From a virus (taxonomy: Duplodnaviria > Heunggongvirae > Uroviricota > Caudoviricetes): DNA of 64,000 nt. The position numbers were made by a program, and so were the translations under genes. The stretch is taken from positions 36,685 to 100,684 of the IMG/VR virus record IMGVR_UViG_3300031998_000033. One strand, 5' to 3'. Under the pieces are notes generated by a model. That model did not search any database. It was not told the DNA's origin and worked only from the letters and a program-made list of their open reading frames with translations. This document shows positions 29,588 through 37,845 of this stretch, one piece after another (the first letter of the stretch is position 1; every line of letters begins with the position of its first letter).

Positions 29588-30787
29588 TCAGCATCCGCTC
29601 GGACGGTTTAACATGTCCTCGTAAAGCCTCACGGCCGCAAGCGCGATCGCCGGTACTTTCCGGCCGTTGCGGCAGTAGGCCGCGTCTACCAGCTCGGACA
29701 TGAATTGATACCTGTCCTTCCATGAAAACGATATACGCTCATGCTCGTCCAGTTTCTGGCTAAACTCCGCGTACTTGGCATAGTCAAGGTCTACATAGAA
29801 ATAGTGCATCGTATTCGTCATGAAAGCCGGGTTCGGGTTTGTCAATCCAAGCTTTATGACCTTCGACTTATCGAAAACGGAAATCCCCGTCTCCTCCCTC
29901 AGTTCGCGGACGGCCGCGTCGAGCGGGTCTTCGCCCGGCTCGACCATGCCGCACGGAAATTCCTCTATTTCCTCTCCGGCGCCATATCTGAATTGCTTTA
30001 CGGTCAAAACGTTATGGCCTTTCTGAACTATGACAGTCACCCAATCGGGAGCCTTGACAAGAATAGGCTTCAACCCCGTCTCAGCCTCCGCACCGCGTAC
30101 GATATCGAAGATCGGAGTATGCAGGAGAACATGCTCGTCAGCGGATCCGTCTATTTCGGCCAGCGCGTCTTTAACATATTCTTCCGGTCCGCCCGAATTC
30201 ATATACTTCCCGCGGACGGCGGAGGCTGAAACGCCTGCGAACTTCGAATCGATATCGACAGTCTTCAGCTTACCTTCGAACGCCGTATTTTCCTTAAGGA
30301 ACAGCTTCTCGTCGAATTCCGAACCGCTACGGCCGACGACGGCTATGATTCCGCCGCTCTGCGATAGAATATCCTGCCATGCGAACCATGTTTTAAAATT
30401 AAGAAGCTCGTCGACGCCGATGATCGGCCAGAACTCGCGGTCTGGAGAATATCTGTCCAGCTTGATTCGAAGCAGCGTATCTATAAACCGCCAGCTCTTG
30501 ACGGCATGCTCGGTCAGATTTTTACTTCCGGAACAAAGTTCTTTCCGTTTCAATTCCGTATCGTCGATGTATACGGGACAAAGGCCTTTCGTCATGGCCT
30601 TTATTACCTCGATCTTCTCATCAGTACGAAGCCATTGCGTCTTGCCGGCCCGGTGCCAGTCTACGATCGTCGGCGCTATTATGACCGCGTCGACAATATG
30701 CCGTTCAAGAACCTGCTTCACGATCTCGCGGTGCGCCGTAGTAAACGGATCCGCCGTACAGCCGAATATGCCTATTTTCTCTTTCAT
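29588..30787 (-). CDS. Bifunctional NMN/NaMN adenylyltransferase plus Nudix hydrolase (similar to KVP40 NatV)
   Basis: N-terminal (H/T)xGH nucleotidyltransferase motif GIFGCTADPFTTAHREIV. C-terminal Nudix box GMVEPGEDPLDAAVRELREETGI. 399 aa, no TAG. Confidence 0.7.
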   Translation of the reverse strand: MKEKIGIFGCTADPFTTAHREIVKQVLERHIVDAVIIAPTIVDWHRAGKTQWLRTDEKIEVIKAMTKGLCPVYIDDTELKRKELCSGSKNLTEHAVKSWRFIDTLLRIKLDRYSPDREFWPIIGVDELLNFKTWFAWQDILSQSGGIIAVVGRSGSEFDEKLFLKENTAFEGKLKTVDIDSKFAGVSASAVRGKYMNSGGPEEYVKDALAEIDGSADEHVLLHTPIFDIVRGAEAETGLKPILVKAPDWVTVIVQKGHNVLTVKQFRYGAGEEIEEFPCGMVEPGEDPLDAAVRELREETGISVFDKSKVIKLGLTNPNPAFMTNTMHYFYVDLDYAKYAEFSQKLDEHERISFSWKDRYQFMSELVDAAYCRNGRKVPAIALAAVRLYEDMLNRPSGC

Positions 30788-31149
30788 TCGTCATCGCCTC
30801 CGAAAAGATCATCGTCATCCAGCGCATAGTATTTGATCACCGCTTCTAACCTGCGCGAAACCTCTTCTAGCTTTTCCGCTGTTTTTTCGCATTTATCGCA
30901 TCTACATCCATTAGACGCTAAGCCTTTCGATTCGCTTGAAACAATCATTAAATATATTGCGAAAATGCCTAATAATACAGGCAAATAATACCTTGTCAGC
31001 TTCATATTCCAAAACAATTCCCGGAAAAGCTCCGCCGAAAATATTTCAGGCAACGACAAGTTTTTAATAGCGCATACAAGCGACGTCATAACCCAAAAAA
31101 CAACGGCGGCCGCTGAAGACAATACCAATATGGACAATGCAATATTCAT
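30784..31149 (-). CDS. Small membrane protein, 121 aa
   Basis: Two transmembrane segments and an acidic tail. Overlaps neighbours by 4 nt. Confidence 0.4.
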   Translation of the reverse strand: MNIALSILVLSSAAAVVFWVMTSLVCAIKNLSLPEIFSAELFRELFWNMKLTRYYLPVLLGIFAIYLMIVSSESKGLASNGCRCDKCEKTAEKLEEVSRRLEAVIKYYALDDDDLFGGDDE

Positions 31150-31502
31150 TCAGGTCTCCCGGGGTTTTCGTCTTCGCCGGTATTTTCTTTCAGTTTTCTC
31201 ATACACCCGGCCGCCTCTTTTTTCCGCAGCCATCCGATTCCGATCGCCGATATAACAACGCATGCGATCGCCAGCGCGATATACGGACAATGAATAACCA
31301 GCATGATAGCTAAATACGCGCCGCCGGCGGTTATCAGCCCGACGAGAGTAAACGCAAACGCGGCGAATATAACAACCTGCGCAATACCTAAAAGCAATTT
31401 AAAACCATACTCGCATGGACTCATCAGTTCGGCCGGCGACCAAACAGACATCCATCTTGGAAATTCGGCAAACCAGTCAAGAACTTTGAATATGCGTTTC
31501 AT
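31146..31502 (-). CDS. Small membrane protein, 118 aa
   Basis: Hydrophobic core. Sits upstream of the SPFH gene across an intergenic hairpin. Confidence 0.4.
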   Translation of the reverse strand: MKRIFKVLDWFAEFPRWMSVWSPAELMSPCEYGFKLLLGIAQVVIFAAFAFTLVGLITAGGAYLAIMLVIHCPYIALAIACVVISAIGIGWLRKKEAAGCMRKLKENTGEDENPGRPE

Positions 31503-31540
31503 CTTCGCGTCTTAATTCTCTGTTCCGCCTTTGCATTGTC

Positions 31541-31571
31541 GAAATCCGCGTTTCGAAACGCGGATTTCGAC
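31541..31571. other. Perfect 13-bp inverted repeat (hairpin) between convergently arranged gene ends
   Basis: gaaatccgcgttt-cg-aaacgcggatttc. Confidence 0.5.
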
Positions 31572-31592
31572 TGCTGCAAACCGCGCGGCGCT

Positions 31593-32396
31593 TTACTTGT
31601 CGGCCTGAATCAGCAGGCTTGAAGGCTTGCCGTCGAACACAAGCGTAGTCGGCATGACGCCGTTCCATTTCTCGATGGCGTTCAGCATCATGACGTCCTT
31701 GTTCTTGTTGAGGGCCTCGGCCCTGATCTGGATCGCCTCGGCCTCGGCTTTCGCCGTCACGAGCTTCTGCTTGGCCTCCTCCTCGATCTCGGCGGTCTTG
31801 TTCTTGGCCTCTAGCGCTCTCTGCTGCGCCACCTGCTTCGACTCGATCGCCTTCTCGAACACGTCGCTGTAGTCGATGTTCATGATGTTGATCTGCTTGA
31901 CCGAAACCGGCTTGTCCGCGACAAGCCCTATGACCTTCTCCGAAATGGCGGCCGTCGCCTTCTCGCGGTTGTTCACCAGCTGCTCGGCCTCCCACTGCCC
32001 GACGACGTCCTTCACCGCCGACTGGACCGCCGGCTCTATGATGACCGACGCGTAGCGGTCGCCGTACTTCACATGCAGGTCCACGAGCTCGGCCTTCTTG
32101 ACGGCGTACGTCACCGCGATCTCGAAATCGGCCTGCTGCATGTCTTTCGTGTACGCCTGCATTTTGTAGTTGACGCGGACGTCGCGGAGCGTATAGCACT
32201 TCATCGACCCGCCGACGGGATTCACGAAGTACAGCCCGGGGTCGAGCACGGGTGTGTCGACCTTGCCGAACCAAGTCTTAAACCCGGCCTCATCGGCGTC
32301 GATCTGCCCACATCCAGACATTAAAACGACCATAACCGCGCTTAAAACAGCAAATACAATATTCTTCATACGACTTTCCTTTCTATAGTTGTTCAT
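31593..32396 (-). CDS. SPFH/band-7 (prohibitin/stomatin-like) lipoprotein
   Basis: Signal peptide plus lipobox LMSGC. SPFH core with a coiled-coil E/A/K-rich C-terminus. 267 aa, no TAG. Confidence 0.6.
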   Translation of the reverse strand: MNNYRKESRMKNIVFAVLSAVMVVLMSGCGQIDADEAGFKTWFGKVDTPVLDPGLYFVNPVGGSMKCYTLRDVRVNYKMQAYTKDMQQADFEIAVTYAVKKAELVDLHVKYGDRYASVIIEPAVQSAVKDVVGQWEAEQLVNNREKATAAISEKVIGLVADKPVSVKQINIMNIDYSDVFEKAIESKQVAQQRALEAKNKTAEIEEEAKQKLVTAKAEAEAIQIRAEALNKNKDVMMLNAIEKWNGVMPTTLVFDGKPSSLLIQADK

Positions 32397-32413
32397 AATA
32401 TGATTTTACCATG

Positions 32414-32442
32414 TTAAAAAACGGCAGAGAATCCTCTGCCGT
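32414..32442 (-). terminator. Rho-independent terminator
   Basis: cggcagag-aatcc-tctgccg followed by T6 on the minus strand after the TGA at 32480. Confidence 0.55.
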
Positions 32443-32479
32443 CAAAAAGCCGCCGTCTTAGAACCTATATGCGGAATTT

Positions 32480-33166
32480 TCAGAACGAAAAAGCCAAACA
32501 CGCGCAAATGGCATGGCCGGGACTCCAGTCGTGTTCTTTTGCGGATTTTACCTCGATCAAACGATAGAACAATTCGGCCGAACAGTTCTCCATCAAACTG
32601 AAAGCGGCGCCGAAATCCGTCCAAAACTGGCAGAACTTATCGTTTTTCCTTATATATCGGTCTTTCGAGCCTTCGTCAAAATACCATTCATAAGCCATGA
32701 ACAGCTTTATGTCTTTGACGGCGCCGGCTTCGCACAATACGGGAGTATACGCCTTCGTAAGGTTTCTATACCGGAAATACGGCCTTTCGCCTTCTAAATC
32801 CCGTATAACGAATCTCGACCTGTTCAGAACCTTGAACCCGCAGAACACGTCATGCACGAGAATATTAGCGCCCGGCCTGTTATCGCGCCTATACCTCGTG
32901 TCGGAACCGTTCCGCAGCAATACTATATCGTCCTGAACGCCGACAGACATCCATCTAAGCAGCGCATAGTCGACGAATACCGTCGTATGGAACTCGTCGA
33001 TCTTTTTCGCCGTCTGGGACTGATCGACGCCTACTCTAGCTTCTTCTGAAAAACCGACATTAAACTGGTCAACTTTCTTCGAAGCCTGCACCGTATTCCA
33101 TGACTCTATACTGTTCGCAGACGCGCAATATGCCGTAGCCAAAATAATGTATAAAAAACGTTTCAT
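32480..33166 (-). CDS. Secreted or outer-membrane hypothetical protein
   Basis: Signal peptide MKRFLYIILATAYCASA. 228 aa, no TAG. Confidence 0.45.
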   Translation of the reverse strand: MKRFLYIILATAYCASANSIESWNTVQASKKVDQFNVGFSEEARVGVDQSQTAKKIDEFHTTVFVDYALLRWMSVGVQDDIVLLRNGSDTRYRRDNRPGANILVHDVFCGFKVLNRSRFVIRDLEGERPYFRYRNLTKAYTPVLCEAGAVKDIKLFMAYEWYFDEGSKDRYIRKNDKFCQFWTDFGAAFSLMENCSAELFYRLIEVKSAKEHDWSPGHAICACLAFSF

Positions 33167-33196
33167 AGCTTAAAATTCTCCGACATACGGCTATAA

Positions 33197-33859
33197 TTAT
33201 CTGGCGTTCCGAATGCGTTTCCGGCCTGAAACGACGCTTAAACCCTGGCCCTGATACCCGGTCGGAAAAATCCTCGGAACCCTGTCGAGGCCTGTATCGG
33301 GAAAATCATATTCATATCCGTTCAAAAACAACATGCTAGTCAACATCGGAACTCTGATAAAAAGCGTAGCGGCTAATTCATCGCGGATTTCGGCATCCGG
33401 CATTCCATGTGTCGACTTAGACACGCGGGCAAGCGTATTTTCTCTGAATTCCTCATATTCTTCGAATCCCATAGCCAGCTGATCTATGGAAATCTTGAAC
33501 TTCAATGCCTTTGTCATATCCGGAAGAAACTCTATCGGAACGGTAGAATATACAACAGCGATCAGCTTCTCTCTGCAGAGGCGGCTCTGACCCTTCATCA
33601 TTTCCGGCGCCATTTCGGTAAACCTGCGCGTCTTGACGTCATCCGGCGCCGGATACATCGATATCGATGTAAGTATCCTACGACAGAACTCCTCTTTATC
33701 AGAATCGGCAAGGCGCTGAAAAACTGAATTGAAAACCTGGCCGTCTTTCGCAGAAGGTCCTATTTTAGCAAGCCATTCAAACCTCTGAAGCCTGTTCGCA
33801 TCAGATCCCGCCGATACAAGCGCGGTTAAAATTAAAACGACAGCATATAACATCTTCAT
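33197..33859 (-). CDS. Secreted hypothetical protein
   Basis: Signal peptide MKMLYAVVLILTALVSAG. 220 aa. Confidence 0.45.
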   Translation of the reverse strand: MKMLYAVVLILTALVSAGSDANRLQRFEWLAKIGPSAKDGQVFNSVFQRLADSDKEEFCRRILTSISMYPAPDDVKTRRFTEMAPEMMKGQSRLCREKLIAVVYSTVPIEFLPDMTKALKFKISIDQLAMGFEEYEEFRENTLARVSKSTHGMPDAEIRDELAATLFIRVPMLTSMLFLNGYEYDFPDTGLDRVPRIFPTGYQGQGLSVVSGRKRIRNAR

Positions 33860-34018
33860 GACTAATTTTTATCCTTTCTTTAACATATTTATTTCAAAAC
33901 CTGATCTATATACGGTGAGAACCGCCATGGTGACACGGCATTTGGCGATCTTCTTTATCGTATCCTCTTTTCGTTTTTAAAACATCCGCAGTTAGGCGAA
34001 CGCGCGGGCCTGAATTTA

Positions 34019-34441
34019 TCATCGTCCATTAACGGCCTTTCTCACCATTCTGTTCCACCACCTCACAGCGGCCTTCCTCGTCTTGAACACGGCGCCGTCG
34101 CCGCCGATCCGCGGCACGGAACCCAGTCCCCACCATTCGAAACCTTCGGTCGCTATCAGGCATTCCCTGCTGTGGGGAATGTCGCCGGTCTTCCTGAGCG
34201 CGCCCTTACGGCCGTAATCGCGCGTGTGCTCGATAACATACCAAAGACCTGACCACGGCGCCTTTTCATATTCAGGATCGTAGTCGTGGCAATTTCCTTC
34301 ATCGTCCTCCACCCTGATGTGGGGCACAGCTCCGCAAAACGGACACGGGTCGAAGCCGTCGGGGTTGCCGTAGTTCGGCCTGCGCTTTCTGTCCTTCGTC
34401 TGGAAATCAAGGCACAGCTGGTTTAAGTCTTTTTCCATCAT
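34019..34441 (-). CDS. Zinc-finger protein (Lar-like CPFCG motif), 140 aa
   Basis: CPFCGAVPH...H..C Zn motif. Function speculative. Confidence 0.35.
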   Translation of the reverse strand: MMEKDLNQLCLDFQTKDRKRRPNYGNPDGFDPCPFCGAVPHIRVEDDEGNCHDYDPEYEKAPWSGLWYVIEHTRDYGRKGALRKTGDIPHSRECLIATEGFEWWGLGSVPRIGGDGAVFKTRKAAVRWWNRMVRKAVNGR

Positions 34442-35016
34442 CTTGCTTTCTCTTTGATCTGAAACCCAAGCTTTGCCGCTAAGTCTTCCGGCGACTTAGG
34501 ATCAAGCTCTTCATACAGCTTTGCTATAGAGTAATTTGCTCTACGCTTTCTGTCATATACTGCCGGATCAAACGCCATCTCCGCTCTTCCAGGCCCATTT
34601 TCGCAGAAGTCTTTCAGCAGAGACTTGGCAGCAAGCTCATGAGAAAGGTCTCCATCTGCCCAAGACCCGCCTAATGAGTATCCTGATGACCAAGGATAAT
34701 AACAGTCATCCCAACTCAGACTGGCATACCATGTGCCGTCTTTCCGCTTGCCGTGATTTAGCGTGACAAAGCCGTCATACAAATGAAGCTTTGCATATAG
34801 AGTCTTCATCACCATCAGCCAGCTACCTTTGCGAAGCTTTTTCTTCTGCGCTGCGCAACCATGTTCAAGCGCATTTGCCGCACTGACAGAGTCTTCGCAT
34901 ACGTTCACTAGGTTAAGCAGCGGCTCCAACCGGCTTTCAAACTTGACTAGCATCTCTAGCTGGCCTTTGTCTATGCGCTCTAATGCGTCGGCAATGTTTT
35001 TCATATATGCAGTCAT
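34438..35016 (-). CDS. Hypothetical protein, 192 aa; paralogue of the N-terminal half of the 35371 gene
   Basis: Shares ...DGTWY..SLSWDDC... and RA(E/K)M..DPAV..R.R(K/R)ANYS.A(K/R)LYEELDPKSPEDLAAKLG with 35371..36714. Confidence 0.45.
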   Translation of the reverse strand: MTAYMKNIADALERIDKGQLEMLVKFESRLEPLLNLVNVCEDSVSAANALEHGCAAQKKKLRKGSWLMVMKTLYAKLHLYDGFVTLNHGKRKDGTWYASLSWDDCYYPWSSGYSLGGSWADGDLSHELAAKSLLKDFCENGPGRAEMAFDPAVYDRKRRANYSIAKLYEELDPKSPEDLAAKLGFQIKEKAR

Positions 35017-35064
35017 ATCGTCTCCTCACGCTTCCGCGCATGCCTTAGTCCTCCGGCTAACGCT

Positions 35065-35352
35065 TCAGCATCCGCCAACAGCCCGCCTCGGAGCCTTTTC
35101 TGGCACTTCATCCAGCAAGTCACAAACTTGCTTCTCTAGCTCGGCGTTCTTCGCTTCGAGCTTCCGAAGCCGTTTTACTGCTTCGTTAACAGCGGCCAGC
35201 TCTCCCGGAACTTCATCTTCATGGAGCTCTGACTTGTCAAGATGAAGCCATTCAAGCGCTTCGCAGAGTTCTTCAGTAGTGAGATCCTCAGGTTCGACAA
35301 TAGCTATCTTGCCGTCTCTCATAGCTTCCACTTTTGCTTTGCCGTCACTCAT
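35065..35352 (-). CDS. Hypothetical acidic coiled-coil protein, 95 aa
   Basis: Track ORF. Confidence 0.35.
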   Translation of the reverse strand: MSDGKAKVEAMRDGKIAIVEPEDLTTEELCEALEWLHLDKSELHEDEVPGELAAVNEAVKRLRKLEAKNAELEKQVCDLLDEVPEKAPRRAVGGC

Positions 35353-35370
35353 GCCTCAGCCTCCATCCAT

Positions 35371-36714
35371 TTACATACCCGGGTTTCCGTCCGCGCCGCA
35401 ATAGCACCCCGGAGTGCAGCCGCACATCATTCCCAGGCCGGGCATCATCTTCAGCCTGCGCCTGAGCTCGGCATCGTGCGCAGCCGAGCCGGTGGTCCGC
35501 TCGATCATCTTCTGCACGATGCCGTCGATGGTCGTCGGGTTCTCTTTCTTCCATTCTTCCATGCGCTTCCGCATCTCCCTCTTGAAAGACTGGCGGGCGT
35601 CTTCGGTCCTGATCCTGGCCTCTTCGTGGTCGTCCGCGCCGAGTACCCGCACGGCCTTCGCGACGCCGATTCCGGCGTTAAAGTGCGGAAAATCGTCTCC
35701 GATCCCATGCCCGAGGCCGATGATGGAGTTGACTACGCGGTCAAAAAGCCTGTCATCATCATATTCGTACGTCACCTGGTCGAGGACGACGAACTTGTCC
35801 ACTGACGCCGAGAAGATCTCCTCGAAGTGGTCAAGGCAATGCTTGACGATTTCCGGGTTGGTGTAGACATGTTCATAGCTGAAGTGCCTGGTGTTTTTGG
35901 ACTCTTCGTCGCCCTTTTTCGGCTTATACATGCACGGAGTCTCGCCGAGGACGCACCCTGGGACGCCGAGTTTCTCTTCGAGCTCCCGGAGCTTGGCCGC
36001 GTCCTCCTCGCTCGGCCCCTTGCCGTAGCGCTTCCAGGCCTCGGCCTCGGTATGCGGGTTTATGAGCACGACCTTCGCTTTGGCCTTCTTCACGATCTTT
36101 CTCAGCTCGCCCACCGCGTGGGAATCGAAATGCCCGCGCTCCTTGTCGTAGGAGATGGGGTAGTCGCCGAGCGCGTTTTTGGGATCGACGAATATGACGT
36201 TGACATTCGGGAGCTCGCCGGGCTTCACTTCGGTCCCGACTTTCGCCTTCTCGGTTTCCCCCTCGGCCTTCGCCTTCTTCTCCCTGACGGCATATCCCAG
36301 CTTGGCGGCCAGGTCTTCGGGGGACTTCGGATCGAGCTCCTCGTACAGCCTGGCCACGGAGTAGTTGGCCTTGCGCTGTCTTTCCCCCACGGCCGGATCG
36401 AGGTGCATCTTCGCCCTTCCGGGGCCTTCATAGCAGAAGTCCTCCACCGTCGACTTGGCCGCGAGCGCGCGGTCGGTCGTCTTACGGGCGAAAGACGCCT
36501 CCGCCAGCGTGTAGTAGGCCCACGGCGCCTTGGGGCAGTCGTTCCACCTGATACCGACGTACCACGTGCCGTCGCGGCGTGCGCCGCGTCTTATCGTGAC
36601 GTAACGGTCGTACGAGCGCAGCTTTTCGTACAGGGCGTTCGCGATTGTCGTCCAGCCGGCGGCGCGGAGCTTGGGCTTCCCGGCGGTTTCTGTCTTGGTT
36701 TTATCATGCTTCAT
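35371..36714 (-). CDS. Hypothetical two-domain protein, 447 aa
   Basis: N-terminal domain paralogous to 34438..35016. C-terminal domain with a GxG-rich Cys tail. No TAG. Confidence 0.5.
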   Translation of the reverse strand: MKHDKTKTETAGKPKLRAAGWTTIANALYEKLRSYDRYVTIRRGARRDGTWYVGIRWNDCPKAPWAYYTLAEASFARKTTDRALAAKSTVEDFCYEGPGRAKMHLDPAVGERQRKANYSVARLYEELDPKSPEDLAAKLGYAVREKKAKAEGETEKAKVGTEVKPGELPNVNVIFVDPKNALGDYPISYDKERGHFDSHAVGELRKIVKKAKAKVVLINPHTEAEAWKRYGKGPSEEDAAKLRELEEKLGVPGCVLGETPCMYKPKKGDEESKNTRHFSYEHVYTNPEIVKHCLDHFEEIFSASVDKFVVLDQVTYEYDDDRLFDRVVNSIIGLGHGIGDDFPHFNAGIGVAKAVRVLGADDHEEARIRTEDARQSFKREMRKRMEEWKKENPTTIDGIVQKMIERTTGSAAHDAELRRRLKMMPGLGMMCGCTPGCYCGADGNPGM

Positions 36715-36715
36715 G

Positions 36716-36820
36716 TCTCAGCCTCCAGTCGATGCAGCGCTTCAGGTACTCGACGTACTCGCTGTCACGGCACATGCCTTTACCTTCGACGTCCGATATA
36801 ATCTTTTTCATAATTAGATT
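36716..36820 (-). pseudogene. 34-codon ORF duplicating the C-terminal tail of the pncB-like gene
   Basis: MKKIISDVEGKGMCRDSEYVEYLKRCIDWRLRHEA versus PncB-like C-terminus SKGMCRDNDYVDYLKRTIDWRLKYE. TGA overlaps the ATG of the 35371 gene. Confidence 0.4.
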
Positions 36821-36855
36821 ATATCACGTAATTAATAGTTTGTATATTTTTATTT

Positions 36856-37728
36856 TTACTTTAATCTTCCACGTATAAAAGTAGAATTTGGACAGTTTTT
36901 AGCATATACTTCTATATTTCCATCTGTCCACCAATGACTACCTTTTATCGTGTTAGCTTGTTTTCTATGCCACTCAGCAAATCTTTTAGGATCATTTTTC
37001 TTAATATTCAAAATGCCTTCTTTTGATTTGCTTGCATTCAATTTTAATTTCAAACACACTTCATTAGAAAATGGTAATCGTCCTTTAATGAATCCGGTCG
37101 GACAATCAAATTGAAAAACTTCTACTGTACCATTATTCCACCAATGCTTTCCAATGCTGGCTTTACCAATATTTTTCTTATGCTCCTCGGATAACTTCAT
37201 CCCCATATGCGATTTACGTATTTTATCTCGCCATTGTTTTCCCTTTATGGGATCATTAGCAATTTTTCTAATTGTTTCTTTAGCTTTAGAATTTGCTTTC
37301 TATCTCGCACGTTTCTATACAATAGCTTCTTTAGACATAAAGTCTTCTGCGTTTTTGCCATACATTGGATTATTACATCCAGACATATCAGCTGAATGCG
37401 TTTTAGAAAATTCCTGTTTTATTTTTTCGTATGTTCTAGCAGTTATTTGTATGTCTTTGCAAATTGCGAATTTCCAAACTGCTGCAACAGCCGCGTTATA
37501 ACGTCTATCATTGTTTCCATATTCGCTTTGATACCATTTTGCCAAAAGCCTATGCGCAATGAAATGTTCACGCGCAGTCAATGCAACAATGTTATTTGGA
37601 TCATGTTCAAGCTCTGGATAAAGTGATCTCATCTTAATATGATGATATTCACAATAACAAATTGAACGATCAATCTTGTTAGTTAGTCTTTTCTAAATAA
37701 GACTATTATATATCTTCTTGTAGTTCAT
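36856..37728 (-). CDS. HNH homing endonuclease with NUMOD3-like DNA-binding repeats, about 290 aa, 3 in-frame TAGs
   Basis: HNH core CYCEYHHIK...PELEHDPNNIVALTAREHFIAH. C-terminal HWWNNGTVEVF...CPTGFIKGRL and HWWTDGNIEVY...CPNSTFIRGRL. Track ORFs 37315..37632 and 36856..37206 are one frame joined by two TAGs. The extension to ATG ~37726 crosses a third. Confidence 0.6.
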
Positions 37729-37845
37729 GTTTAGTTTCCTTTATTTAAGTGACATTGACGTGTCACATTTATTGTTTACTCTTCTTAAATACAAAAATAG
37801 CGCTAGCCGTCAAACTAGCGCTTGTAGCATGAACTACAAATTTAT

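Noticed and set aside
31477-32274. 265-aa R/G/E-rich minus-strand ORF
   Set aside because: Overlaps the SPFH lipoprotein gene in another frame. Composition is typical of off-frame GC-rich sequence.
35827-36801. 324-aa plus-strand ORF
   Set aside because: Antisense to gene 35371..36714. The product is a Leu/Arg/Gly-rich artefact.
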